Below, piece by piece: positions 11,231 to 23,826 of a stretch of 64,000 bases of DNA (position 1 is its first letter; each line of letters opens with the position of its first letter). The notes under the pieces are model-generated. The model saw nothing but the letters and a program-made list of their open reading frames with translations, did not search any database and was not told the DNA's origin. The DNA comes from Ancylonema sp. (Eukaryota): contig JBFLGF010000079.1 of NCBI GenBank assembly GCA_050230475.1, positions 1 to 64,000 on the forward strand, given 5' to 3'. The translations under genes were made by a program, and so were the position numbers.

Positions 11231-14200
11231 ATGTGCCTGCTGCACCACCATAACTCACTATTGTTACTCACTGACAATGATACGAGGAAAGCACTTGCCC
11301 ACATGATTCCTTCCGTCACTTGTAAGCAGGGCCGCCTTCTCTTTAGCGATTCACTCAGTAGGAAAAGTGACAGGTCCAGAGTAATCACCGAATTGGTAAA
11401 GGGGCCTCCAGATTCATGCAATATTTCTTAAGATGGCACCAGCATCGAAAGGAATGTAAGGAGGGATACAACGGCTCCTCTGAGCATACGGCCTGATCAT
11501 AGAGCAGCTCTTTGAACATTGGAGGTGGGTAGTGTATGGGCTCCCAGGGTGAGGCAGGAAGAGGGTGTGGGAGGAATCGGTAGTAGAGAAACAGGAGCTG
11601 TTGGACAGTCAGAAGATACTGATAGGGAGCAAAGAGAAGCAAGATACGCTGTCTGTGGGAGCACCGACATTGGCAGGAACATACAGCAGTCAGGAAATGG
11701 TTTCCAAAATGCTTCCAGCAGTACTGCAACACATGGTCCCAGAAGGCTAGCAAGGTTATCTAAGACGGGGCCTGGACTAGGGTTGGGGCTGTGGTCCGAA
11801 GTGGAACTGAATGATGGGTTGATATATAAGGAGGCAGACAGGTGGGAAAGGTCTCGAGTGCGCCAATTCAGCACTCAAGACCGACAGGAGAATAAGTCGA
11901 GGTCATGGGGAAGCGGAAATGAGGGCGGGGTGAAGTTGGACCACTCGTATGGTACCACCAGTATTTGGAAGATGGGGGATCCTGAGGGGTCCCTGTCAAG
12001 TAGTAGGAAAGAAAAGAGCAGGAGGGCTGAGGATGTTGTCAAGGAGCTGCATGCAGCACTTGACCGAGCTTTGAATGACAGAAGAGTGAAGGATGCCGTC
12101 ATGATGGTGCAGGACCTTGCAGCAGTGAAACGAGTGCCAAATCAGAAGAGCTTTTTGAGGCTCATCAGTCTTCTGTGTAGAGATGGGGGGTTTGTGACAG
12201 CCAAGCATCTGCTGAAGCTGTTCCCTGACAGGTCAGAGGTGCGGTTGGATGAGTTCGCGCATGGCACACTCGTCAACTGCGCACTCAGGACAGGCCATCT
12301 TGAGGATGCAGGTACTTGTACGCATCCTGGTTCACAGAATATACGGCCACTGCTTGGCAGCAGGTGCATGGCAGTGGAACTGGTTGTGAACCGGTTGGTG
12401 TCTCTGTGGAAAGGGCGTTGGTAATTAAGTAATCATTGGTGGCAAGCCGCAAGATATATGAGAGAGGCGTGGATAACAGTGCTGACCAACATGGATGCCC
12501 ACTCAATTTCTGCTTTGCACCAATGGAAGATGAGGCATGGGAGCTGCTGCGGACGTAAGAGGAATCGGCAACCAACCTCTCTTCTGTCTTGTGTTCTCCT
12601 GCTGGTGGCAGAGGAGCTTCTGCAAGCCATGATGGAGGATGGGTACCAACCGAGAGTTGCCACGTGGAGCTCCGTGGTGGCTCGCTTGGGGAGGAATGCG
12701 CAAACTGCAGGGAGGGCTCTGGCAGTGTTCAACCAGATGTGCGATTCAGAGAGGCCTCAGGCGTCGCGTCCAGATGCGGGCGCCTGCAATGCGGCCATCA
12801 ATGCAGCAGTGACAGCTGGCGACCTGCAAGTGGCCGAAGAGCTACTGGAAATGAGGATGCCAGAGCTGGGTGTGGCTGCCGATGTCATCGCATACAACAT
12901 TCTGGTGAAGGGCTATGCCCAGCATGGCGACCGTCAGAAAATGTGCGGAGTGATGGAGAAAATGCAGGTATGACGGTACGAGATCGCTGTTGTGTACAAC
13001 TCCTTCCAAAAATTGAAATCGAAATGTACACCATGTGTAAACGATTGGTATTAGAAAAAGGAAGACTCTCACCCCTCCTTTCTAGTGCTCTCTGTCTCTC
13101 AGTGCTGTTTTGATGTGGCTAGCCCTCAAATTTGTTACGTCTGGTCTGCAGGCAGCCGGAGTGATGCCAGATGAGGCGACGTACAACACGTTGGTGTCTG
13201 CATACGTGGGCATGGGAGATGTGTTAGCAGGAGAGGCCATGGTGAGAGAGATGCAGAAGCTGGGGGCGCGCTGCAAGCCTGCCGTGCGAACGCTCACCAC
13301 TCTTATCAACGGCTTTGTGGAGCAGCAGGAAGTGCACAAGGCGAGGATGGTAAGAGGAGGGTGGCATAGCACGGGAACATGAGCTCCCACACTTGTCCCA
13401 TACTTGTTGCAGGGCTGCCAGACCACACATCTCCTCAACTTTTGTTTGGACAGTAGGCAATTAGGCGATTAGGCAATGAGGCACTGTTTGAGCCTTGGGT
13501 GCTGCTTCCTGCGTGCAGCTTCTGGACAGCATGCAGAGCGACTATGGCGTCCCTCCCAATGAAGTCGCCTACACCTCTGTCATCGGGGCCTACGCCAACT
13601 CAGGTCAGCTGGAAGCTGCTCAGAAGCTTCTTGTCGAGATGGCAGAGCTCCGCATTCCCGCGAACGTGGTGACGTACAACACTCTCATCAGTGGTTACTG
13701 TCGAGCGGGGCAATGGGAGCACGCCACCTGTCTCTTCAAGGACATGCAGGAAGCTGGGGTGGCAGCGGACGTCATCACCTACAACACCCTCATTCACAGG
13801 TGCATCCGGAGGGAGGACAATGTGGCTGCTCTGGATTGGTTCAAACAGATGAGGAAAGGAGGGTTGGGCGCCTCTACGCAGAGTTACACCAATTTGATAA
13901 AGTTGTTTGGAGACAACGGGCAGCCATGGCTGGCAGCGAGGGTCTTCGAGGAAATGGAAAGCGATTCCGAAGTGCACGTGGATCGAGCAGCGTGGACCAG
14001 TCTGATCAACAGCTTTTCGAGGGGGGGACTGATGGCGGAAGCGGAGGCGGCGTTTCGCAGCATGAAGGCTGCAGGCGTGATCCCCAACCTGCCAACCTAC
14101 GGCACCCTGGTGAGGGGGTACAGCCGCCTAAACCTCGCTCCGCAGTGCCTGGTGCTGTGGAGGGAGATCAAGGAGAGGCTGCAGGCAGGCCAGGTGGCGT

Positions 14201-14749
14201 TACAGGTGGAGGCACAACGACCTGCCAGGTGGAAGAAGGAGAGAGGAGAGGAGCCTTTCGAAGCTGACGAAGCATTGTTGGATGACCTCGTGTACGTCTG
14301 CGTCAGAGCAGGCTACTTTCAGGTAGGAAGAGCAGAAGAATGAGGGGCTCATACTCCTGGTGGGTGGGTGTGCTGATTTCGAATCCGTTATCGAATCGGA
14401 GCATTTGTAGCACAGCAGGCGATGCATGTCAGTGGCGATGCATTCCCCCCCCTCCCACCTCTTCTGACAATCACGGTGGCAAATAATGACGCAGAGAGCT
14501 CTTGAAATTGTGAGGTGCATGGAGGATGGTGGAATATCGGCTGATCGCCTGAAGTACAAACGGCTGTTCATCGAGTTGTACTCGGATTTGAAGGGGAATG
14601 ACTCGCCTCTCAACTCTGCAACACGGGCGTCCCCCAAGTCAAACAAGAGCGTAGAGGCCTTTAAGTTTTGGCTAGGGCTCCCGAATCATTATTATCGGGG
14701 GGAATGGGACTGGAGAGACAAACCTCCCAACCCCAGAAAACAGGATTGA
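11231..14749 (+). CDS. HCF152: P-class pentatricopeptide repeat protein, HCF152 orthologue; start uncertain (11231 with two in-frame stops, or 11433 via a 92-nt intron)
   Basis: Tandem PPR motifs (PDEATYNTLVSAY, PNEVAYTSVIGAY, ANVVTYNTLISGYC). C-terminus RALEIVRCMEDGGI...KYKRLFIELYS...VEAFKFWLGLPNHYYRGEW matches HCF152 as I recall it. Exons end 12311; 12612-12967; 13152-13349; 13519-14322; 14495-14749. Confidence 0.8.
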
Positions 14750-16132
14750 CACGAGTTAGGAAACAAATACATTCATTTCTATTTCGTTTTATTCAGTGTT
14801 TCCTTACTAGAGCAAGAAAAGGAACTTTCCTATTGGTTATGTTCCTTACAGCGGTCTAGTAGAGTTGTGTAGCATTATGGGTGCTGTTTGTAAATGTTTA
14901 AGAAACGCGTCGACCAAATGCTTGACATGTTCTAGTTCAAGATACTCACCTTTAACTTTAGCCATGATCATGATACCAAAGCTCAACTCCTCTTTTTTTC
15001 GTGATATTCCATATGGCAACTTGCCCAAAAGCAAGTCATCATTTGGCATGGCTTCATACCTGTAGACTTATAACAGCATATCTAAAAAGGTGCACATGAC
15101 TTGGTTCGTACGTACTCTAATTGTGGACGCCTTTTTATTTTCTCTCTTAATAAAGTAGTGAGAATTATACAAATTCACTTTACGTGTTTATCAGCAAACA
15201 ACTTACGGTTTCGCACTCATGTTTTTGGGTTTCATTGTTGCTCGTGGTTCTATGTACAAAAACAAGCGCTCTAGCGTGATTGCGCGAGTGTTTATGCTTT
15301 TGTATGAAAAACATATGTAGATACTCCTCAAAATAGCTTGTCAATAACATCGCAATTCCATGTTATGTTTTTCCAATCCAAGGGCCACAATCACGCAAAA
15401 AACAAACGGCCAAAGATAATATATTTTAGGAAAGGTGTGGAATACACGATGTATATGCAAACCATAACCACAACAACATGTTCCTGGGTGTTGTGGTCGG
15501 TGTGCGCACAATTGTTTGCCAACCTTGACAATCTTGAACAGGATCTTCTCAAATCCATCAAATGTGATACCATTGATTCGTGGTCCACATGACTTGGACG
15601 AAACTAATTTCCTTCGGCCATTTTTTTTTTGGTAAACCGTGAGAGAATTCCAAACAAATGGGGATTTTAAATTGTCCTCGAACGAAGCTGCGATAATAAA
15701 CGAACAAAGAATGTTTTGTTTTTTTACAACACACTGTTCATGTCATGGATCTCTTTAAAAATTATCACAAGGAAAACGAAACCACAATTGCACGTCAATG
15801 ATGATATGTTTCAAAAGATATATCAATTTCTCTTGAGTGATGAATGCTTGACAGTAATTGGTATGAATAAGTATAAAATATTGTTCGACTCTTTGGGAGC
15901 ATTTTCTGAATTTTCGTTGGTAAAATATCAAATGGGTAATTACATTCTTTTGGGTAATTACCGATTCGTCTTAGGGACTCACGTGCCTATGACACATGAC
16001 ACGAATCCAACTACAATAATGATCTACTACTCATATGCATGATGACAATATTCAAATAACCTAACAACACAAAGATTATCTGTACAAGGACACACATCTC
16101 ATGGAAAACAAGATCATAGCATATTTGATGTC

Positions 16133-18620
16133 CTAATTGGGTTCACAGATGTCCCTCAAATCCGCCTGTATGGAGGCACACCGGCACTTCAAATGCGATT
16201 CGTCAAACCGCATCCGCTCCAGCTGCACCCACACTTCCCACCCCAACTCAACCCTTCTTCCCACACCAGCCCTCCCACCTACAACCTTTACCCAACGCAT
16301 CTCACACACCATCCAGCCCCCTTTGATTCCCACGACACACGTTTCATCCCCCCCGTACTCCCCCCCTTACCGTGGCCAATGGGGGCAGTTCTAGTTGCCA
16401 CACGAGCCCCACCCTCTCCAGCAGCAGCAGCAAGTACCACGTCACATCCACCTGCCACATACCGACATGACACAACCAGAGTTCACATCACAAATAAAGG
16501 TGCCCCACCGTGTTTGAATGAGGTTGAGGTATATACCATACCTCTTCTTTGTAGAAGCCGTGACGTGCAGAGCGCATGTAGCACTGGAGGGGAGGAAAAA
16601 AAGGAGATTGAGTTTGAAGGGATAGCAGGAGCAGAGTGAGAGCCCCCCCCCTCGCATGTGCCACGTGTGCCTCACGTGGTGGTTGTTGTGCCACCCCTCC
16701 CCCAAGGTGAGGATGGCCAGCCACCAGTTGTTGCGTGCGTCACAATGTGTGTTGAACTCGCAGCGGAACCGCCGCGAACCCACCAGGTGAGCCACAGAGT
16801 TGATGCAGTACCTGCCACACCACCTCAGCTCCCATGCACAGAAAAAGGGAAAAAGCAGGGCAGGTGGAGGAAGCACTTACGTGGCATGCCAGCAAGCCAC
16901 AGTGCTGATGGCGAATCCCCACCCAACCGCTGGCATGCCCCCACCCCAGTAGAGCAGAGCTGCAGATGCCCCCGGAAAGACATAGGGGTACCTGCCACCG
17001 CCCCCCCCCCACTTCAGGACCAACCCCAACCTCTGTGCTCTGTGCCCCACCTGTCCATCCAGACCAGCTCTGGGAAGCGCAGGAGGTCCGGCACAGCCGA
17101 CCAAAGGGGCTCAGCATTGGCTGCCGTGCACAAAAACCTGCCCCCACCCGCCAGCCTCGTCAGCGATCATGCTAGAGGAGGGGCGAGAAGGCGATGGGGG
17201 GGCTGACCATCCAACATGGGACCACCAAATGCCCCATCGGACAGGGCTGTGCACATCCTCCTCAGTGTCTGCCGTCCTGCTCAGGAGATAAGGAGAGGGA
17301 GTGCGTTGCGTTGCGGACCACGATAGAACAACAGAACAACAGAATAACAAAACAACAGAACCACAGAACAACAAAACAACAGAACAACAGAACACCAGCC
17401 CAACAGAACAGAAGTACAGAAGTACAGAAGTTGAGGAGTTGAGGAGTTGAGGAGTAGGAGTGACAACCCCACCTGTGATGATGGCGGTGATGGGAACACC
17501 ACCACAGCGGCCCCTTCTGGAACGCCAAACAGCCAAGGGCGGCCATCACAAACTGCCCTACGCGAGAAGTACGGTACGATCTGCGCACGCAACAGGCAGG
17601 TTAGACTCGTACTGCTCTCCGAATCGTTTTTTAAGAATCCTGAAGCGAATCCTGAAGCGACTTGATGTGCATCGACAGTCGCGAGATGGTTCTGAATGGC
17701 TTCGCATGGGGTCCCTCTCTGCCTCACCCACCTGTGCGACAAGAGCCTGTGGTACCCGCCCGTGATCCCAAACATTCGCACAGCATAGAGGGTGGAGGCC
17801 AGACCCAGCAGCCTCCAACTGAACCAACTGAAAGCAGAGTAGAGGGCTAACAAATGCACACCAGTGTACACCTGCGACATCGACACACGTGTCAGCTGAA
17901 GAAGGCAGCAGACCCGACAGACGTGTCTTTAGTCTCTAGTGCTGCCATTGGGATTTGTGGAAGTAATCTGGTGATCGTGGCAGGGTTCACCCGTTTTTGC
18001 ATGCGATTTGCGTAGCCTGACGGTCGCATGGCTGTAGATATCATGTAGTGACGTATGGGAGTGCAAAAGTGGGACGACATCCTTCATAGCAGAGTCCCAA
18101 CTGAAACCTACTGCCTCCAGGAGAAGGTCGAAGGTTCCGCTCGGGGCGTCTGAGAGAACGCGGTAGGGTATGTGCCACATATTGTGCTAGGTACAGCGGC
18201 AGATCGGGATTGCCTTGCTGTTTCCGCGCTAGCCTTTGCATAATCTCAGTTGTAAATCACGACAGTGTGTGCGACGAGGATGCAGAAGATTCCCGAAGTC
18301 ATTCTCTTGTATTAGATACGAATCCATTCCCAAGGTGCTAAATCGATCCAGCCACTCACGCAAAAACTGACGTCTGTCAACAGTTCCGGAATGCTCTTGC
18401 GTCCATTCTGCGTCTTTTTTGCATTTCGAAAGCTCCTGGGCAGCTTCCCTTCCAACTTGATTCCGGCTGTCCCTCTTTGCTCACACTCAGGGGGGGATGG
18501 TGAAGAGGCATTCACACATGTTGACGAGCAGTCAGTAGCCATGTCGGCTACTGAGGCCGTGGAGGTGCCCTTGTAAGGGACCTTTGTGAGCCGCATGGCC
18601 ACAGGAGAGCTTATCTCCAT
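16133..18620 (-). CDS. Membrane-bound delta-9-type acyl-lipid/acyl-CoA desaturase, 10 exons, intact
   Basis: His boxes [17 protein letters not shown] and GEGWHNNHH. Exon 1 (18620-18360) splices in phase to 17871 ([15 protein letters not shown]). All downstream junctions are in phase. TAG stop at 16133-16135. Confidence 0.88.
17325..17460. repeat. Intronic compound microsatellite (ACAGAACA / ACAGAAGT / TTGAGGAG units)
   Basis: Successive 8-mer arrays read directly inside a desaturase intron. Confidence 0.8.
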
Positions 18621-20131
18621 GCTCACGTCTTCGGAATGCAAAAGGAAAATCTCTCTGAACATTATGAAATGCCGATGTGCACCAAATTTAACAGATGCCG
18701 TCTTTGTGATGCCAGGCACTTTCAGGTGAGTCACAGGTACTGTCGCATTCGACGCACAACGTCCATAAAATCCCTCGTCGACCAGCTTTCGTTGGAAATA
18801 GAAGGAGCCGTCAAACAATATACCTGTATATGCGCTCGCTCTATGCTAGTTTCGGTATGTCTGAGTTTGATAAGCTTCTCTCTCTCACTGGTCTCCTCAG
18901 CAGGAGAGGAAGTAACGAAGAGAGGACAAGTCGACGTGGCACGTGGGATTATGTTATCGACGTCACCGCCTTTGGCGCTCATGATACATTTCTCGTTGGC
19001 GCTCCGAGGCCTCCGATACATGACGATGACGGTGCACGTGCATATGTCGGCGTTGGTTGTCAGAACTCCAGTAAGTTTTATCGGCAAGCACCTCGAGTGT
19101 CGACTTTGACGCAATATCCACGGGTTAACATCGCGAAGTGCAACGTGTCACTTCGAGGCGATAGGGCGTATAGAACAATCGTGATACCCGATCGGTCTCC
19201 GTATCACAGCAAGTTTTTTATGGAGTCTCACTTCGACACGCGACTTACACGCGACAAAAATGAAGCAGAGGGAACCGCGACGACAGCAACGAGGATCACA
19301 AATGTGAAACTAGTATCACTTTGTGATACCCAGACCACAGTTGTGATACGGCGCTCGGAGCGTATCACTTCGCGAAATCTAGAACGCCACGATGTGATAC
19401 GCCGTTAAACTTGAAGTGATACTCAAAATCAGGCGCAATTCAACTCGTACGTAAAACGTACTGATGAGCTTGGCTTGGCGGGAAATTGCAACAAGGAAGT
19501 TGAATGACCGGGATTTGATTTCGCGCGATATAATGCGAATGTTGTAACCTTGAACCAAACCGCAGATTCATAAACTTCACAACATTGAGTGCACTCCCTT
19601 TGTCCAGAGGGAGTGCAATCCCTCGAATTAATTACGCCCTAAATGTTGAAAACAAGGTATATATCATTAAATCTCTTTACCCTTCCCTAGTATTCCGTTC
19701 GCGAAGTATGAATTCACTCTCCCTAGTTTCATATTACACAAAAATCCATACAAATACAAAAAAAGTGAAATCAAAATATACCGTTCCCTTCCAGCAACGT
19801 CTGAAATGGAGAATGTGGTCCGAGTTGTGTCTAGAAGCAACACTTGATGTGATGTTCTTTTGACATATTCGAAAACATAATGCACCATTTCCGTTCATTC
19901 ATATTCCAAGCGACATAGACCATCATGTTAAAGCTCATCCTGAAGAGGAGGTAATCTCGTAGCCACATACAATGGCCTCGTGCTGTGGTGAGTAGTCACC
20001 TCTTTTTTATACACGCCAATGACACACTAATTCAATTACTAACGAATGAAGACAATTGGCGCACACCCTCCACACTTGAGACCATAAGGTCTGCACAACG
20101 TGCTCGTGTTTAGACTGATCGATCAATCCCC

Positions 20132-23100
20132 TCAACGATCGCCATAGCGTCTAACGCTCTTGCTACCGCTCCCTTGATTTGTGAGATCTCTGGTCGCTTC
20201 CATGAGCGACCCCACCCCCTCAGCAATGGAGTCGGCAAGCGTTCGTGTACTGGTGCCCATCGCTGCTTCCGCTGCCAGAGTCTCTTTCAGAGTCAGCCCC
20301 GGGACCCTCCCTGCCCCAGATTCCATGGAGTGGATCACCACGGTCCGCGGGTGGGAGGCCCGGTAGAGCAGCATCAGGATGAACATGTGAAGGAGGAGGG
20401 TATAGGCGCACACAAACATGCGACTGTATTTGTTGGAAAGCAGGAACCGTCCACCTGTCAGCGTAATCTGCACCACACCAGCCACAACTCCCCTTCTCAC
20501 TCATCTGTGTCACGTCCCACCCCTGTCCACCCCTGCCCATCCTCCCATCCCAGTTTCAGCCCCACCTTGTCGTGCAGCCGCAGATTCCGGTAGCTCCTCT
20601 CCTGCTCCTTCTGGTGGAACTCGTTGAAGGGGTTCATTCTCTCTTCGTATATCTTCCGATACCGTACTTCCGCCCCCACCTGGGTGTCCTCACTCACCCC
20701 CCCCCCCTCTGCCACCCCAAAGCATGCGTAGCGGGCAGCTTTGGCTGCGCTGTTCGCCCCCCCGAAGACCACTGTGTCTGCGCCTGCTCCTCCTGCTCCT
20801 CCTGCTCTCCTCATTGGCACTGTCTGCCGGTTGTAGTGCTCCAAGTACTTCATCTTGCCGATCAGCGCCACGTTGTCGTTCTTCAGCTGCTGCACCTCGC
20901 CCCTCGCCTTGCCCAGAGCATCCAGCAATCCTCCATTCTCCACTTCCACCTCCTTGGCTCGCTTCCGGAACCTCTCCCTCTGTCCGCACACGATCTCAAG
21001 CATGGTGCCCTCGCTGCCTTCGCTCCCCTCCCGGACTTCAGCCCCCCCGGTGGGGACAGGGATGATGAGTCCCGAATTCGGGTCCCCTTCTCTGTCCTTC
21101 CATGCACTCCCACTCCCCTGCCAAAACGGCGCCACAAGCACACTCAGCCCCCCCTCCACCACAGCCTCCAGCGTTTCCTTTCAACCTGGACTGAGCTGCC
21201 ATGAAGTTGTGATGCCCCACCTTCACAATATCCTCCTCCAACCGAGTCACCAGCGCTGCCAGCTCCGCATTGCTCTCCTGCAGAGCCACCAGCTGCACCC
21301 CCACCTCTTCCACCTGCAGGTCGCGCTCCGCCACCATCCCCTTGAAGGCCGTCAGCTCGGCCAACAACCTCCGCTTAGTTTCTCTGAGCGCCGCCCGCAG
21401 CCGTACCACCTCCTCGTCTTCGCTCACTTCTGCCCCCCCTCCCCCTTGCTGGTCCCACTCACCCTCTAGCCCAGGGGACACAAGCTCCTGCCACACCGAC
21501 AGATCAGCCATCCAACGGCTTCAGACGCCCTGAAATGGATTGAAGAGGAGGGGAGGGGGGGTACCTGCAACATTCTGATCTGCCCTCGCAACTCCTCCAC
21601 TGCCTCCCGTGTCGGTCGCTCATCCAGCTCTTCCCTCCTCCCCTTCTCCTCCTCCATCAGCAGCCTCAGCTCTGACGTCACCTCCTCCACCTCCTGCGCG
21701 TGCTGCTCTCGCTCCACCTGCGCACACACAACGCTCCACGCTCATCACTTCCCCCTTCTTTACCTTTGTCTCTGCCAACTCCCCCCAAACCACTGAAGAG
21801 GTGAGAGGAGGAGAGCAACAGGGGGCAGGACGCATCTGTAGTATTGCATGTAACAGCAACAGCTTGTTGCCACCTCTCACACCTAGCCTCCTTACCACAC
21901 GGGCGGCCTCCAGCTGCTGTATCTGGTCGTGTAGGGTGGCAATGAGCTTCTCCTTTGCCCCCAGGTTGTGCTCCATATGCACCAAAGCGTCACTGCCCTC
22001 CTCTTCCGACCTCACGCCATTGCCATGCCGCAACCGCTCCACTGCACTCATCAGCTCTGCTCGGATGTGCTCCAGCCCCCTCACACGTTCCTGCATCCCC
22101 CTTCACGGCACACACGTCGGTGTCCGGGCGACAAAGTCTGGCTGGACACGCTCGTATTCACTCTGCCAGAGATCATCAGAGATGTGGATGCTGACCTGCG
22201 CCTGCTCCACTTCTTCACTCGCCATCTCTGCTTCGTGCTGCTTCGAGGCGCACTCCTCTTCCACCCGCGCCTTCAGGTCAAAGAACTGACTCTGCATTTT
22301 ATCGTGTACCCGCTGCCAGCCCCAAGCACAGTGCCATTTCAGCATTTGAGCCCCTCAAGCATTCTGCGCATGAAAGCAGACTCTCCACTGCCAGCTGTCA
22401 CCTCTCTCAGACTATCCCGTGGTCTCCCATTCACCCTCAGCTCCACACCTATACCTGGACAGCCTCCAGCTTCTCTCTGCTGCTCTCCAACAGCGCCTGC
22501 TGCCCTGCCTCTCTCTTTCTGAAAGCTTCCACAACTTGTTCATTCTCCGCCTCCTTCTGTTGCACAATCTGCTCCACCTTGCTATCCATCTGCTCCTCCT
22601 GCCATACACGCCGGCCCTGCAGCTGTCAGCACCACGCCGCCACCAGACATGCATGTAGGGGCAGGTGTCAAACTTGCCAGCTCTGCATTTCTCTCCTCTA
22701 GCCTCCGTGCAAGGGCCTGCAAGCTTTTGGCAGCTGCTGCGTCCTTTCTTGTGACCTGGACAGCACAGTCACAGCCACAGTACAGCGGGACAGATGACAC
22801 GTCTGCCTGCAGCAAGCAGCTGCACAGAGAATGACAAGCCGTGCTGGGTAGTCTACTAGTCCACAAGATAATGGCAAATATAAGAGGGATCCCAGTGATG
22901 CTGGTGCCTTTGTGTTGCACTCGTGTCATACACATGCACACATGCAATGAGAGGACGTGGAGCAGTACCTCGAGTTCCTGGCGGCTGCGGCGAGATTCTT
23001 GCTCCACAGAGCTGACACGCTCAGCCAGCTCTACGAAGGCATGTAAGGAAGGAACAACGTCTGGTGCGTCGTACAGCAGCTGGTACACATTCAGATAAGA

Positions 23101-23826
23101 GATCTCTGCTTGCTTGGCTCGCTTCGTCAGAGAGTCTATCTCCCCCTGGTCATGGCGGACAGTTGGCAACAAAGACCACAGCCAGTGTTGAGTGGAATTC
23201 TTATAACTTTCATGTCAGTCGACCTGGCAGTTTATCGGAGTTGGTTGGTTGGTTTCCGAATGAGGGCTTCGTTTTGGCCAGGTGGGCCTAGTTGAGTGAA
23301 AATCAACTCACGTAATCGGTCGACCAGGATGCAGGCGACCATATGTTAAGCATGTGTGGTAAATTCATCGAGTTCGAAGCCAACATGGGAGCATTCTCCG
23401 TGGACAATCCCGATGCAGCAAAAACAATTGATGAGAGCAGCTTGGTGTGCTCACTTGATATAGTTTGAGAAGGGGAGCCACATCCTTCTTGTCGCCTTGC
23501 TTATAGATTTTAGTTTGGTCTGCCAAAGTCTTTCTGTTTCGAGTGCTTGCCTCCTGATTCTGATTAATTACCACACCCTGCTCATCCCAAGTGGCTTTAT
23601 TTCCTTCTATGTCTATTTCCTCCCAGTATGCGAGGACTCGTTTCGCTCCTTCGAACGTCGGGGGCACCGAAACGTCCAGTCGGTTTTCCACCTCGCTGGA
23701 AAACGTGGTAGTTGGCATGCTATCGCCTGGCTTTGGGTATTCATCCAAGGTGGAGTCGATAGCATGGGAAATTTTAGATTGGAGGGGTTCGAAAACGTCC
23801 AGGGCTTTGCTGAGTAGATCGTCCAT
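20132..23826 (-). CDS. CASP: CASP (CUX1 alternatively spliced product / COY1-type golgin), 10 exons, one GC-AG intron
   Basis: YWEEIDIE...RKTLADQTK...LLKLYQ|GEIDSLTKRAK; coiled coils; MLEIVCGQRERFRKR...LKNDNVALIGKMKYL; YEERMNPFNEF; C-terminal TM SNKYSRMFVCAYTLLLH; TGA stop. Confidence 0.9.

Noticed and set aside
19476..19526. Two E2F-like sites (GCGGGAAA, TTTCGCGC)
   Set aside because: Short motifs ~860 bp from the desaturase ATG with no cell-cycle gene identifiable nearby; chance not excluded.
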